Positions 36,606-46,181 of a stretch of 64,000 nt of DNA are shown in pieces. The translations under genes and the position numbers were made by a program. This DNA comes from an uncultured Candidatus Actinomarina sp. (lineage in GTDB: Bacteria > Actinomycetota > Acidimicrobiia > Actinomarinales > Actinomarinaceae): assembly GCA_902582695.1 (NCBI GenBank), contig CACHTH010000001.1:7279-71278 (forward strand), read 5' to 3'. The notes under the pieces were generated by a model. The model did no database searches. It saw nothing but the letters and a program-made list of their open reading frames with translations, and was not told where the DNA came from. Position 1 is the stretch's first letter; each line of letters starts with the position of its first letter.

Positions 36606-37805
36606 ATGTTCGTTGATGAAATCAAGCTTTCAGTATCTTCTGGAGCTGGAGGCCCAGGCTCTGTTAGTTTCAATAATTTAAACTCTAAAACTAAACCATC
36701 TGGTGGTTCAGGTGGAGATGGCGGTAGTGTTATATTGCAGGTTAATGAAGAATTGCCTGACTTATCTCACATAATGTCGAACAGCTCTCTTAAAGCTGAA
36801 AATGGTGGACCAGGTAACAAAAATTTTCAAAATGGAACCTCAGGTGAGAATCTAATTATAGAAGTGCCAAAAGGTACACAAGTATTTATTGATAATGAAA
36901 TGTATGCTGACCTTCATGACAATAACTCTTCTTATGAATTAATTACAGGTTCAAATGGTGGTAGAGGAAATTATGAATTGACTTCAAAACGAAATCCCAA
37001 TCCACAAATCTGCGAACAAGGAGTAAAAAGAAAATCATTGGATGTCAAACTCAGTTATAGTCTTTATTCAGACATTTCAATTGTTGGACTGCCAAACGCA
37101 GGCAAGAGTACACTAATTCAAAAGTTGACTAACTCAAAGGCAAAAATTGGTGATTACGAGTTTACAACAACTAGTCCAAATATTGGTGTATTAAATAATT
37201 CTGAATCCTTGATAACTATTTGTGATCTACCTGGGTTATTAGAAGGTGCTTCAGACGGGGTAGGAATGGGCAGGAGAGTACTTAAGCATTTGAGAAATAC
37301 TAAATTTATAATTTACTTAATTGACCCAATAAATGAAAAATTTAATGTAAGTTCGCAAATTTCAATGCTTGAAGGTGAACTCTTAAAATATGATGAAAAT
37401 TATCAATCTATTAAAAAACTTGTAGTTATAAACAAATCAGATCAACTCTCTACAATGAATGAGGAATATCTAAATATATCATGTTTAAATGAGATTGGAA
37501 TTGATAAATTAGTCAACAGAATACAGGCGGAATTTAAAGATGAGTTACCAATTATTTATTCAGAGTTTCATAAAATTGTTTTAGAGCAAGAAGATTACTT
37601 TATAGAAAAAATAGAAAATCAATTCATTTGTACTGGTGAATTAGTCACAAATATGATCAACATTTCTGGAAACAAAGATAGTGTTTTGGACGAGATATTT
37701 ATTAGATTTGAAAAATCTGTTCTTTCCAGAGAAATTAATGAAATGGGTGCAATTGATGGTGATACAATTGTGTTAGGAAATTTAGAATTTGAATACAAAC
37801 AATAA
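36606..37805 (+). CDS. obg: GTPase Obg/CgtA
   Basis: 399 aa with a Gly-rich Obg fold (SGAGGPGSVSF, GGSGGDGG), G1 GLPNAGKST, G3 DLPGL and a C-terminal OCT-like domain. Confidence 0.92.
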   Translation: MFVDEIKLSVSSGAGGPGSVSFNNLNSKTKPSGGSGGDGGSVILQVNEELPDLSHIMSNSSLKAENGGPGNKNFQNGTSGENLIIEVPKGTQVFIDNEMYADLHDNNSSYELITGSNGGRGNYELTSKRNPNPQICEQGVKRKSLDVKLSYSLYSDISIVGLPNAGKSTLIQKLTNSKAKIGDYEFTTTSPNIGVLNNSESLITICDLPGLLEGASDGVGMGRRVLKHLRNTKFIIYLIDPINEKFNVSSQISMLEGELLKYDENYQSIKKLVVINKSDQLSTMNEEYLNISCLNEIGIDKLVNRIQAEFKDELPIIYSEFHKIVLEQEDYFIEKIENQFICTGELVTNMINISGNKDSVLDEIFIRFEKSVLSREINEMGAIDGDTIVLGNLEFEYKQ

Positions 37806-38835
37806 AAAAAATATAGTAATAAAAATTGGAACTACTTCAATTATTAAAAATGATAAAGTTGACATAACTTTATTAAAAAGTTTGGCTGAGTTAATAATCG
37901 AAAATAAAAATCAATTCAATTTTGTAATTGTTACCTCTGGTGCTGTTGGTCTCGGCGCAACAAAATTAAATTATAAAAGTAGACCCAAATCTTTAAAAAG
38001 ACTTCAGGTCGCATCAGCAGTTGGTCAAATTGAATTAATTAATCAGTATGAAAAAATTTTTAAAGATAAAAAAATGCATATTGCACAAGTTTTAATTACC
38101 AAAAATTTGATAGATGATAGAGAGCAATTCATTAACACTACACAAGCATTAAATGAATTGTTGGCACAGGGAATTATTCCTGTGATTAATGAAAATGACG
38201 TTGTAGCCACTGAAGAGTTAAAGTTTGGTGATAATGATAGACTCTCTGCAATAGTGTCAATTATTGTTAATGCAGAAAAACTTATAATCATTACTAATAA
38301 AGAGGGGTTGTACAATTTCAATCCGGATAAGAATAAAGATGCAAAAAAAATAGATTACATTGAATATAATTCCAATCAACTTAACGAATTAATACCTCTT
38401 TCAAAGGCTGGAGAAGGCATGGGAGGATTTTCAACAAAAATTATGGCATCTCAAATTTCTGGTTTTTCCGGTATACCAACACATATAATCTCTTGGTCAA
38501 AATCTAATCTATCGAAAGCAATTTTAAATGAAAAGGTTGGAACCTATATTACTGCCTCAAATAAGAAAATTAGGCTTAGGAAGCTTTGGATTGCATATGG
38601 GATGGCTCCAGTATCAAATGTATATATTGATGAAGGTGCAGCTAGTGCACTTTTAAAGAATGCTTCACTTTTATCAAAAGGAGTTGTTAGGTTTGATAAT
38701 TCTTTCAAAATTGGAGATGGACTATCAATTGTTTTTAATGAAAAAATTGTCGCTAAGGGTATTGCAAAAATTGATAGTCCTGAAGTCGGTGAAAGTAGTG
38801 TATTAATTCATAAAGACGATTTAATTATTCTATAA
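37789..38835 (+). CDS. proB: glutamate 5-kinase (with a PUA domain)
   Basis: 348 aa with [16 protein letters not shown] and FGDNDRLSA. The TTG start overlaps obg by 17 nt. Confidence 0.9.
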   Translation: MNTNNKKNIVIKIGTTSIIKNDKVDITLLKSLAELIIENKNQFNFVIVTSGAVGLGATKLNYKSRPKSLKRLQVASAVGQIELINQYEKIFKDKKMHIAQVLITKNLIDDREQFINTTQALNELLAQGIIPVINENDVVATEELKFGDNDRLSAIVSIIVNAEKLIIITNKEGLYNFNPDKNKDAKKIDYIEYNSNQLNELIPLSKAGEGMGGFSTKIMASQISGFSGIPTHIISWSKSNLSKAILNEKVGTYITASNKKIRLRKLWIAYGMAPVSNVYIDEGAASALLKNASLLSKGVVRFDNSFKIGDGLSIVFNEKIVAKGIAKIDSPEVGESSVLIHKDDLIIL

Positions 38836-38874
38836 ATAATTTTACTAATAGAAATTCTTAATTAATCTTTTAAT

Positions 38875-40116
38875 ATGCTTAAGCAAATAGGAACACAAGC
38901 AAAAGATGCTGCTGCAGAAATTGCAGTTTTAAGCACTGATAAAAAAAATCAAATTTTACAGACTATGGCTGATGAATTGCTTAAAAACTCAAAAAAAATT
39001 TTAGATGCTAACAAAATAGATTTGAAAAATTCCAAGGATCTTGATTTAACACCTGCCTTAATTGACCGATTATCTTTAAGTGAAGAACGTATAAATGGTA
39101 TGGCTAATGGTTTGCTCAAGATAATTCCCCTAGAAGATCCTGTTGGCAATATTACTGACAGCTGGAAAACTGATGAAGGATTACATATTAAAAAAATTCG
39201 TTCACCTTTTGGAGTTATAGGAGTTATTTATGAAGCAAGACCTAATGTCACAAGTGATGTCTCAGGTCTTTGTCTAAAATCTGGTAATGCTGTAATTTTG
39301 AGAGGATCCAGCTATTGTCTTGACTCAAATATTGCTATTCTTGAAGTTCTTCAAAATGCACTATCTATAAATAATTGTAATAAGAATATTTTTCAGATAT
39401 TAGAAAGTAAAGATCGTCAAGACACTATTGCATTTATGAATCTCACAGAGTTTGTTGATCTCATTGTTCCAAGAGGGGGAAAGGGGTTAATACAAACACT
39501 GGTAGACAACTCCAAAGTGCCATTTATCCTAGATGGAGATGGAAATGTACATTTATACATACATCAGGATGCAAGAAAAGAACATATTATTGATATAGTT
39601 ATTAATTCTAAAGTGCAGAGACCGGGGGTATGTAATGCTCTTGAAACCTTGCTAATTAATAGTCAGATTTACCAAGATATGGGTAGTTTGATAATTGAAA
39701 AATTATTAGAAAATGAAGTTGAACTTTTTGTAGATGAAACAATAAAAGAAGACTTTCCAAATTTAAATCTTGCTAACGAATCACACTATGAGACTGAATT
39801 TTTAGATTTGAAACTGGCAGTAAAAGTCGTCGACAGTGTTGACGAGGCAATTGAGCACATTAAAATCTACTCATCTGGACATACAGAAGCAATTTTAACT
39901 GAATCAAAGGAAGTTGCAGACACTTTTGCTAAATCTATAGATTCTTCAGTTATATTTATTAATTCATCTACAAGATTTACTGACGGTGAAATGTTTGGTT
40001 TCGGTTCTGAAATTGGAATTAGTACTCAAAAATTACACGTTCGAGGCCCAATGGGGTTACAGGCATTAACAAATGAAAGATATGTAGTTACGGGTGAGGG
40101 TACAGTAAGAGGATGA
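38875..40116 (+). CDS. proA: gamma-glutamyl phosphate reductase
   Basis: 413 aa with YEARPNVT, LRGSS, CNALETLL (catalytic Cys) and GHTEAI. Confidence 0.93.
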   Translation: MLKQIGTQAKDAAAEIAVLSTDKKNQILQTMADELLKNSKKILDANKIDLKNSKDLDLTPALIDRLSLSEERINGMANGLLKIIPLEDPVGNITDSWKTDEGLHIKKIRSPFGVIGVIYEARPNVTSDVSGLCLKSGNAVILRGSSYCLDSNIAILEVLQNALSINNCNKNIFQILESKDRQDTIAFMNLTEFVDLIVPRGGKGLIQTLVDNSKVPFILDGDGNVHLYIHQDARKEHIIDIVINSKVQRPGVCNALETLLINSQIYQDMGSLIIEKLLENEVELFVDETIKEDFPNLNLANESHYETEFLDLKLAVKVVDSVDEAIEHIKIYSSGHTEAILTESKEVADTFAKSIDSSVIFINSSTRFTDGEMFGFGSEIGISTQKLHVRGPMGLQALTNERYVVTGEGTVRG

Positions 40117-40943
40117 AAAACAATTTAACAGTAAAAGATTTCGAAGACAACGGTTATTTTGCAGACCAAGAATTAGTAGATATTGTCAATGCTTCATTGT
40201 ATTTAAATAAACCCATTTTGATAGAGGGTCCTGCTGGTACCGGAAAAACTTATCTTGCAAAAACTCTCTCAAAGATATTTAAAACTCAATTAATTCGACT
40301 TCAATGTCATGAAGGTATAGATGAAGACAAAGCTCTTTATGAGTGGAATTACAAAAAGCAGCTTTTATCAATACAAACTGAACAGGATTCCAAAAATTTA
40401 TTTACTGAAGAATTTTTGATTGAGAGACCGATTCTACAATCTCTAAGGTCTAATGAAAAATCTATTTTTCTCGTAGATGAAATTGATAGATCAGATGAAG
40501 AGTTTGAGGCTTTGTTATTAGAAGTTTTAGCTGAAAACCAAGTAAGTATTCCTGAGTTAGGAACTATCACTGCAAAGAATGATAATCTTACTGTGTTAAC
40601 ATCTAATGCTACAAGGGAGCTTTCTGAAGCATTGAGAAGAAGATGTTTGTATTTTTACCTAGACTACCCATCAGTTGATATAGAAACAAAAGTAATTCTT
40701 AACAACGTAGAAAATATAGATGAAGAAAAAGCAAAAAAGTTTTCTATATTTAGCAATTTTGTAAGATCGCTTGGTCTAAATAAGCCACCTTCTTTAATCG
40801 AATCAGTTGAATGGGTAAAATACAATCATTTAAATGATGAGGAATCTTTAGATTCAAATATCGGAATTCTTATAAAAGATATTGAAGACCAAAAAATTTA
40901 TCTAGATAAAATTAAAGAAGATAATGCAAATAAAAACCAATGA
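40113..40943 (+). CDS. MoxR-class AAA+ ATPase (AAA_5, CoxD/NorQ-like)
   Basis: 276 aa with Walker A GPAGTGKT, Walker B FLVDEIDR, a YEWNYKKQLL segment and RRRC. It overlaps proA by 4 nt. Confidence 0.8.
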   Translation: MKNNLTVKDFEDNGYFADQELVDIVNASLYLNKPILIEGPAGTGKTYLAKTLSKIFKTQLIRLQCHEGIDEDKALYEWNYKKQLLSIQTEQDSKNLFTEEFLIERPILQSLRSNEKSIFLVDEIDRSDEEFEALLLEVLAENQVSIPELGTITAKNDNLTVLTSNATRELSEALRRRCLYFYLDYPSVDIETKVILNNVENIDEEKAKKFSIFSNFVRSLGLNKPPSLIESVEWVKYNHLNDEESLDSNIGILIKDIEDQKIYLDKIKEDNANKNQ

Positions 40944-42273
40944 GCTAATTAATTTTTCTCATTATTGTTCAGAGAATTCATTAAAGTTTCCACCTGAAAG
41001 AGTAAGTAATTTAATTAAATTTTTGAAAAAAGCCCAACATGATAATTTTGAAAGAGATGTAAGTTTTATTTATTCATTACTTCCTTCAAATAGAGAAGAA
41101 AAAGAAAAATTGAGAAAACTTATTCATCAGTATTTTAATTTTTTAGTAGGTGACTATAAAGATCAATCTAGTTTCTTGCTAGATTATAAAGAAGAAAGAG
41201 TTGAGGATTTTTTTAATGAAAACTCACTTTCAAGATTTCAAAAACTTGCTGATGACATTATTAAAGAGTTTGGAGATATAGATTTTAGTAGACCAGTATC
41301 TAACAATTATTGGTTAAATCAGTTACAGAACTCTCTTGCTTTTCTTGATTCAGTTAGTATTTTTGATATTGATTTTGATAATGAATTAGATGAAATTATC
41401 AATGAAGAAAATAGAAATTTCTTTATTAGTAAATTAAATCAATCCATACTTGAAAGAGTTTCAGAACTGAGAAATCAATTTAAAGAAGCTTACATACCAT
41501 CAGAACTAAATCCAAAAGAAAATCTAGATGAAAAAGATTTTTTATTTACAGATGCTCTAGAAAGAAGAAAGTTACTTAAAGAGACGAGAAATCTTGGACT
41601 AATTTTGGCAAACAAGTTTGTAAAATATACAAAATCAACTTCTAAAGGTAAGTTACTATTTAGAAAAACTATTCGTAAATCTCTAAAAAATGGTGGAAGT
41701 CTTTATGATATCGTTTTAAAACCCAAGATTAAAAAGAAACCTAGGTTGATTCTTTTATGTGACATTAGCGGTTCAATGGCTCTTTATTCTTTGTTTGGCC
41801 TTACCTTGCTTTTTGGAGTAGTGCAACGCTTTAGATCTGTACATGCGTTCGTATTTATTGACGGAATCACAGACATCACAAAAGAATTAAAAAATTTAAA
41901 ATTTAATAACATAAATAAAATTCTTACAAATTGGAATAACTATGTTCATGTTGATGGACATTCTGATTACGACAAGTCGTTTAAAGATTTATTAGATGAA
42001 AAAATAATTAGCAATTCGAGTTTTAACACTCTTATTGTAATTGGAGATGCGAGAAATAATTACAGACCAATAAACACAGAAACAATTGATAAGCTATCAA
42101 AAAAGTTTCAGAATATCTATTGGATGAATCCAGAAAGAAGCCAATACTGGAACACAGGTGATAGTCAATTTCATCATTATCAATCAATCTCTAAGAAATA
42201 TTCTGAAGTTAGGAATTTTGAACAATTAAAAACTTTTATAAACAGTATAAATTTTAAAAAGGTAATTAAATGA
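40924..42273 (+). CDS. VWA domain protein, CoxE-like (VWA_CoxE)
   Basis: 449 aa. The C-terminal VWA domain has the MIDAS motif LLCDISGSM, plus VIGDARNNY. It overlaps the AAA+ gene by 20 nt. Confidence 0.75.
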   Translation: MQIKTNELINFSHYCSENSLKFPPERVSNLIKFLKKAQHDNFERDVSFIYSLLPSNREEKEKLRKLIHQYFNFLVGDYKDQSSFLLDYKEERVEDFFNENSLSRFQKLADDIIKEFGDIDFSRPVSNNYWLNQLQNSLAFLDSVSIFDIDFDNELDEIINEENRNFFISKLNQSILERVSELRNQFKEAYIPSELNPKENLDEKDFLFTDALERRKLLKETRNLGLILANKFVKYTKSTSKGKLLFRKTIRKSLKNGGSLYDIVLKPKIKKKPRLILLCDISGSMALYSLFGLTLLFGVVQRFRSVHAFVFIDGITDITKELKNLKFNNINKILTNWNNYVHVDGHSDYDKSFKDLLDEKIISNSSFNTLIVIGDARNNYRPINTETIDKLSKKFQNIYWMNPERSQYWNTGDSQFHHYQSISKKYSEVRNFEQLKTFINSINFKKVIK

Positions 42274-42836
42274 CAAAGATAGGAATTCTTGGTGGTACTT
42301 TTGACCCTCCACATAAAGCCCATCTTCAAATTGCTGAAAGGGCTATTAAACAATTTGATTTAGATAAAGTTCTCTTCATACCTTCTGGAAATCCATGGCA
42401 AAAAAAATATGCTACATCGTTTATTCACAGATTTGAAATGACGAAAATTCTTATTGAGGGTTCGAATAAATTTGAAATTAGTGATATTGAAAAATCTGAA
42501 GAAATTCCTTCTTATACTTTCGATACACTTACAAAATTAAATCATAAGAAAGATAATTTATATTTCATTCTTGGGTCTGATACAGCTATCAATATTAGAA
42601 CATGGAATAATTATGAAAAATTATCAGAACTCACTAATTTTTTAATTGCTTTAAGAAAAGAAGACAGTGCAAATAGTTTGAAAGAAAACTTTCCTTTTGA
42701 TTATGAATTGATTAGTGGTAAAAAATTAGATTTAAGCTCAACTTCCTTAAGAAATAAGCTTAAAGACAATTTATTTAATGAGGAGGAAATTCCATTAAAA
42801 ATAACACAATATATTAAGAAAAACAATCTTTATTGA
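42270..42836 (+). CDS. nadD: nicotinate-nucleotide adenylyltransferase
   Basis: 188 aa with GGTFDPPHKAHL and a SSTSLR-type C-terminal motif. Confidence 0.92.
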   Translation: MTKIGILGGTFDPPHKAHLQIAERAIKQFDLDKVLFIPSGNPWQKKYATSFIHRFEMTKILIEGSNKFEISDIEKSEEIPSYTFDTLTKLNHKKDNLYFILGSDTAINIRTWNNYEKLSELTNFLIALRKEDSANSLKENFPFDYELISGKKLDLSSTSLRNKLKDNLFNEEEIPLKITQYIKKNNLY

Positions 42837-43291
42837 AATTTGTCTTTTATATCTTGAATTTCAGAATCTAATTCATCGAGTTTTTCAAGTTCATCTTCTT
42901 CTAATAACTTAAGTTTTTCAATTTCAGCTTCTAGCTCCTCAAGTTTTTCTAAAACATCGTCATTGGTATGATGATCTACATAGTTTGCTACGAATTTGGC
43001 AGAGACAATTGCTGTAACAGTAGCAATTAATCCAAGCCCAACAAACATTAAAGTACCTGCTACAAATTTACCAAGAGTTGTTAATGGTGTTATGTCACCA
43101 TAGCCTACAGTGGTGATAGTAACCAATGCCCACCAAACTCCATCTCCAAAAGATTTGATTTGGGGTTCTGCCAAATAAAAAACGTAACCAAAAGAAATAA
43201 TACAAATTATTAAAACACCAAGTATTGTTCTAAGCCTACGGCTGTTAAATACTCGTTCAATTAAATTAATAAAGTTTTTTATTCTATTCAA
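42830..43291 (-). CDS. minimal 2-TM potassium channel (KcsA-like) with an acidic coiled-coil tail
   Basis: 153 aa. The selectivity filter TTVGYGD lies between two TM helices. The C-terminus is EKLEELEAEIEKLKLLEEDELEKLDELDSEIQDIKDK. Its stop overlaps the nadD stop by 7 nt (convergent genes). Confidence 0.85.
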   Translation of the reverse strand: MNRIKNFINLIERVFNSRRLRTILGVLIICIISFGYVFYLAEPQIKSFGDGVWWALVTITTVGYGDITPLTTLGKFVAGTLMFVGLGLIATVTAIVSAKFVANYVDHHTNDDVLEKLEELEAEIEKLKLLEEDELEKLDELDSEIQDIKDKFQ

Positions 43292-43348
43292 ATTAACCCT
43301 TATATTTAAGAATAGTGTGTTTATTTTTTCATGGTAACATATTTATAA

Positions 43349-43702
43349 GTGAATCAAATTAGCACTATATCAGAAGAAAATAACTTTTTTATTGATTCAT
43401 TTGTCGATCTTCTCCTTACTCAAAAATTAACAAACATAAAAGTATTAAAACTAAAATCAGATCAGTTTCATGACAGTGTAATTATTTGTACTGCAAACTC
43501 TTTAGTCCAAATGAGTGCAATTATTAAAAATATAAGAAAAAATTTAAAGATACAAAAATTTACTTATGAGGGTGAAAACTCAAATTGGTTACTAATAAGT
43601 GCAAAAGGTGTATTAATTCAAATATTTACTGAAGAATCCAGAGAGTATTACAATATTGAAGATATATATTTTGATAGTGAAACCCTTTATCATTACGGAT
43701 AA
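43349..43702 (+). CDS. rsfS: ribosome silencing factor RsfS (iojap family)
   Basis: 117 aa with a GTG start. It occupies the conserved position after nadD and has iojap-like segments (DSVIICTANS, NWLLISAKGVLIQIF). Confidence 0.75.
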   Translation: MNQISTISEENNFFIDSFVDLLLTQKLTNIKVLKLKSDQFHDSVIICTANSLVQMSAIIKNIRKNLKIQKFTYEGENSNWLLISAKGVLIQIFTEESREYYNIEDIYFDSETLYHYG

Positions 43703-43712
43703 AAAAAATTTA

Positions 43713-43785
43713 GGGGCTGTAGCTCAGCTGGCAGAGCACCTGCATGGCATGCAGGGGGTCAGGGGTTCAAATCCCCTCAGCTCCA
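43713..43785 (+). tRNA. tRNA-Ala (anticodon GGC)
   Basis: The acceptor ggggctg/cagctcc contains the G3:U70 identity pair. Anticodon stem cctgc/gcagg, loop atGGCat. Confidence 0.92.
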
Positions 43786-43794
43786 CTTAATTAG

Positions 43795-45030
43795 ATGAAT
43801 TTTAAGTATTTAAAAACTTTACTCTTTGAAATAAAAGAACTTGCTTCTTCTCAACTACTAATTGTTGTTATTCTTTTTGTTCAAGTCGGTATTGTTACCA
43901 GAGGTTTGGGCACAACAAGTTATGGTCAAGCAGTATTAGTTTTAGCACTAATCGCAATTATTTTTAGGACACTTCATGCTAGAAACAGTGATGTGACTTT
44001 ATTGATGTTAAAAAAATATGGAGAAAGCATGTTTACACTTTCTCTTGTATACGATTTATTAATTGGTGTAATTTGCTATTTGATTTGTTTAGTATTATTT
44101 CAATCTGAACTTAACTCACTATTTGGAAACTATAGTATGAGTTTCGCACTTAATATATTGTTGATTTGTAGAATATTTCAAACCCTTTCAGAGAGTTCAA
44201 AAGCAGTCTTAACTTTTAATGGTCAGTTTAAAAAATTTGCTTTGGTAGATACAGTTTCTAATTTAATGAGGTTTATTACAATTCTTATTTTGTTTAGTGT
44301 AAATCCAAGTGTTGATAATTTTTTTATAGGACAAGCAGTTTTCTCATCTGTTTACGGTTTTTTTGGTTTTTTCATTTGCAGAAATTATTTTAGAATTTCA
44401 GAAGTGTCATTAAGAAATTTATCGGATTACTTTACAAAATTTAAAGCTGATTTTCTCAAACAAAGACTAGATCAACTTGTAGGCATAGTCCCTCAACATT
44501 TCGATTTAGTGATTTTGGGCTATTTTACAGACCTATCAACAGTTGGTGTTTTCAGAATTGCAAAACGACTTGTAGAACCAATAACATATATGATTTCGGT
44601 TTTAACACCTTTGGTTCAAAACCAACTTTCAAAAGAAAGTTTAAGAGTAAACTTCTCCGAACTCGTTAAAAATTTCTTATTACCTCTTTCAACAATCATT
44701 ATTATCCCATACGTGTATTTTGGTGAAAACTTGATAAACCTTATTTCAGGGCGTTCTTTTCTTGAAGCCTATGAACCAATGCTTGTTCTAACCATTGGTT
44801 ATATAATTTATCTAAATACTTTTTGGATACGACAACTACTTTTATTTTCAAACTTGATTCAATACCATGCAGTGAGTAGGTTAATTTCATTAGTTGTATT
44901 TATTCTAGCTGCACTCTTTTTTGTCGATCAATTCTATGCTGTTGGAATAGCAATTGCATTATCTTTAAGTATGGTTTTACAAAAAATTTATGAATTTTAT
45001 GCATTTAATAAGTACTCAGAGCAAAATTAA
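43795..45030 (+). CDS. polysaccharide/oligosaccharide flippase (MOP/Wzx-like)
   Basis: 411-aa protein with about 12 TM helices and the layout of polysaccharide biosynthesis (Wzx-type) transporters. The family call is by architecture only. Confidence 0.6.
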   Translation: MNFKYLKTLLFEIKELASSQLLIVVILFVQVGIVTRGLGTTSYGQAVLVLALIAIIFRTLHARNSDVTLLMLKKYGESMFTLSLVYDLLIGVICYLICLVLFQSELNSLFGNYSMSFALNILLICRIFQTLSESSKAVLTFNGQFKKFALVDTVSNLMRFITILILFSVNPSVDNFFIGQAVFSSVYGFFGFFICRNYFRISEVSLRNLSDYFTKFKADFLKQRLDQLVGIVPQHFDLVILGYFTDLSTVGVFRIAKRLVEPITYMISVLTPLVQNQLSKESLRVNFSELVKNFLLPLSTIIIIPYVYFGENLINLISGRSFLEAYEPMLVLTIGYIIYLNTFWIRQLLLFSNLIQYHAVSRLISLVVFILAALFFVDQFYAVGIAIALSLSMVLQKIYEFYAFNKYSEQN

Positions 45031-45104
45031 ATTTTTCACATTTTTCCAAGTAGCTTAGTTATCATTTGATTAGAAGTTTAAAATATAAATTAGGGAGTAA
45101 TCAT

Positions 45105-46181
45105 TTGAATAACATATATAATTTCTCACCAGGACCATCTAAGCTCCCGCAGAGTGTTATAGATAGAGTTGAAAAATCCATAAATCATTACAAAAATACT
45201 GGCAAATCTATACTTGAAATATCTCATAGAAGTAACGAATTTGATGAAATTCTAAATGAGATAAATAACAATTTTTTAAATTTATTTAATTTTCCTAATG
45301 ATGTAAATATTTTATTGCTACAAGGAGGTGCAACTTTTCAAAATTCTTTAATTCCCATGAATATTGATGAAAGATGTAAACTTGGTTGTTTCGTAACAGG
45401 AACATGGGGAAAAAAAACATCTGAAGATTTTTCTAAAATTTTAAATAATGTTGAAATTATTGAGGCAAACAAAAACGTTTTAGAGCAATATTTACAAAAA
45501 GAATACTTAGGGTTTCAAAATACAGACTATCTACATATGACATCTAATGAAACAATAGAAGGTATTCAAATTCAAGATTTCAATTCCATGAATCATGAAA
45601 ATTTAATTATTGATATGTCTTCAGATTTAGGTTCCTACAATTTTAACTTTGATAATCTTAGCTATGTATACGCAGGCGCTCAAAAAAATATGGGCATACC
45701 AGGAGTGACAATTTGTTTTGCGAAAGATGAGTTTTTAATTGAAACTGATAATCCAAAATATTTAAATTTAAATTTACTTACAAAATCCAATTCTGTTCTG
45801 AATACACCGCCAACATTTTCAATTTATGTTCTTAATCTTGTGACTAATTGGATGCTTGAAATGGGAGGTGTTGATTATTTTCAAAATAAATCAATCAAAC
45901 AATCTAAAGAAATTTATGACTTTATTGATGAAAATTCCAACGTTTTAAGTTGCAATGTAGATAAAGAATATAGAAGTAAATCTAATATTGTTTTTAACTT
46001 TCTAAAAGATGAGCAAAATAAAGAATTTGTAGATGCAGCTAAAGATATTGGAATTATCGGAATAAATGGTCACAGAAGTGTTGGTGGAATTAGAGTTAGC
46101 TTATTTAACAGTGTTGATGAAGATATGTTTAAATTTTTTATGAAATTTTTCAAAAATTATATTAGTGAGTCAAGTAATTGA
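45105..46181 (+). CDS. serC: phosphoserine aminotransferase
   Basis: The motifs NFSPGPSKLP, SNETIEGIQ and GAQKNMGIPGVTI are present. I prefer the in-frame TTG at 45105, which has an SD sequence (agggag) 7 nt upstream, over the track's TTG at 45066. Confidence 0.88.
   Translation: MNNIYNFSPGPSKLPQSVIDRVEKSINHYKNTGKSILEISHRSNEFDEILNEINNNFLNLFNFPNDVNILLLQGGATFQNSLIPMNIDERCKLGCFVTGTWGKKTSEDFSKILNNVEIIEANKNVLEQYLQKEYLGFQNTDYLHMTSNETIEGIQIQDFNSMNHENLIIDMSSDLGSYNFNFDNLSYVYAGAQKNMGIPGVTICFAKDEFLIETDNPKYLNLNLLTKSNSVLNTPPTFSIYVLNLVTNWMLEMGGVDYFQNKSIKQSKEIYDFIDENSNVLSCNVDKEYRSKSNIVFNFLKDEQNKEFVDAAKDIGIIGINGHRSVGGIRVSLFNSVDEDMFKFFMKFFKNYISESSN

Noticed and set aside
40113-42273. The AAA+ / VWA pair as an anti-phage or mobile-element module.
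   Set aside because: No nuclease, protease, TIR, Sir2 or other effector domain and no mobility genes are associated with it. The motifs fit the CoxD/CoxE-type chaperone class better, and the pair is embedded in a housekeeping operon by 4-nt overlaps.
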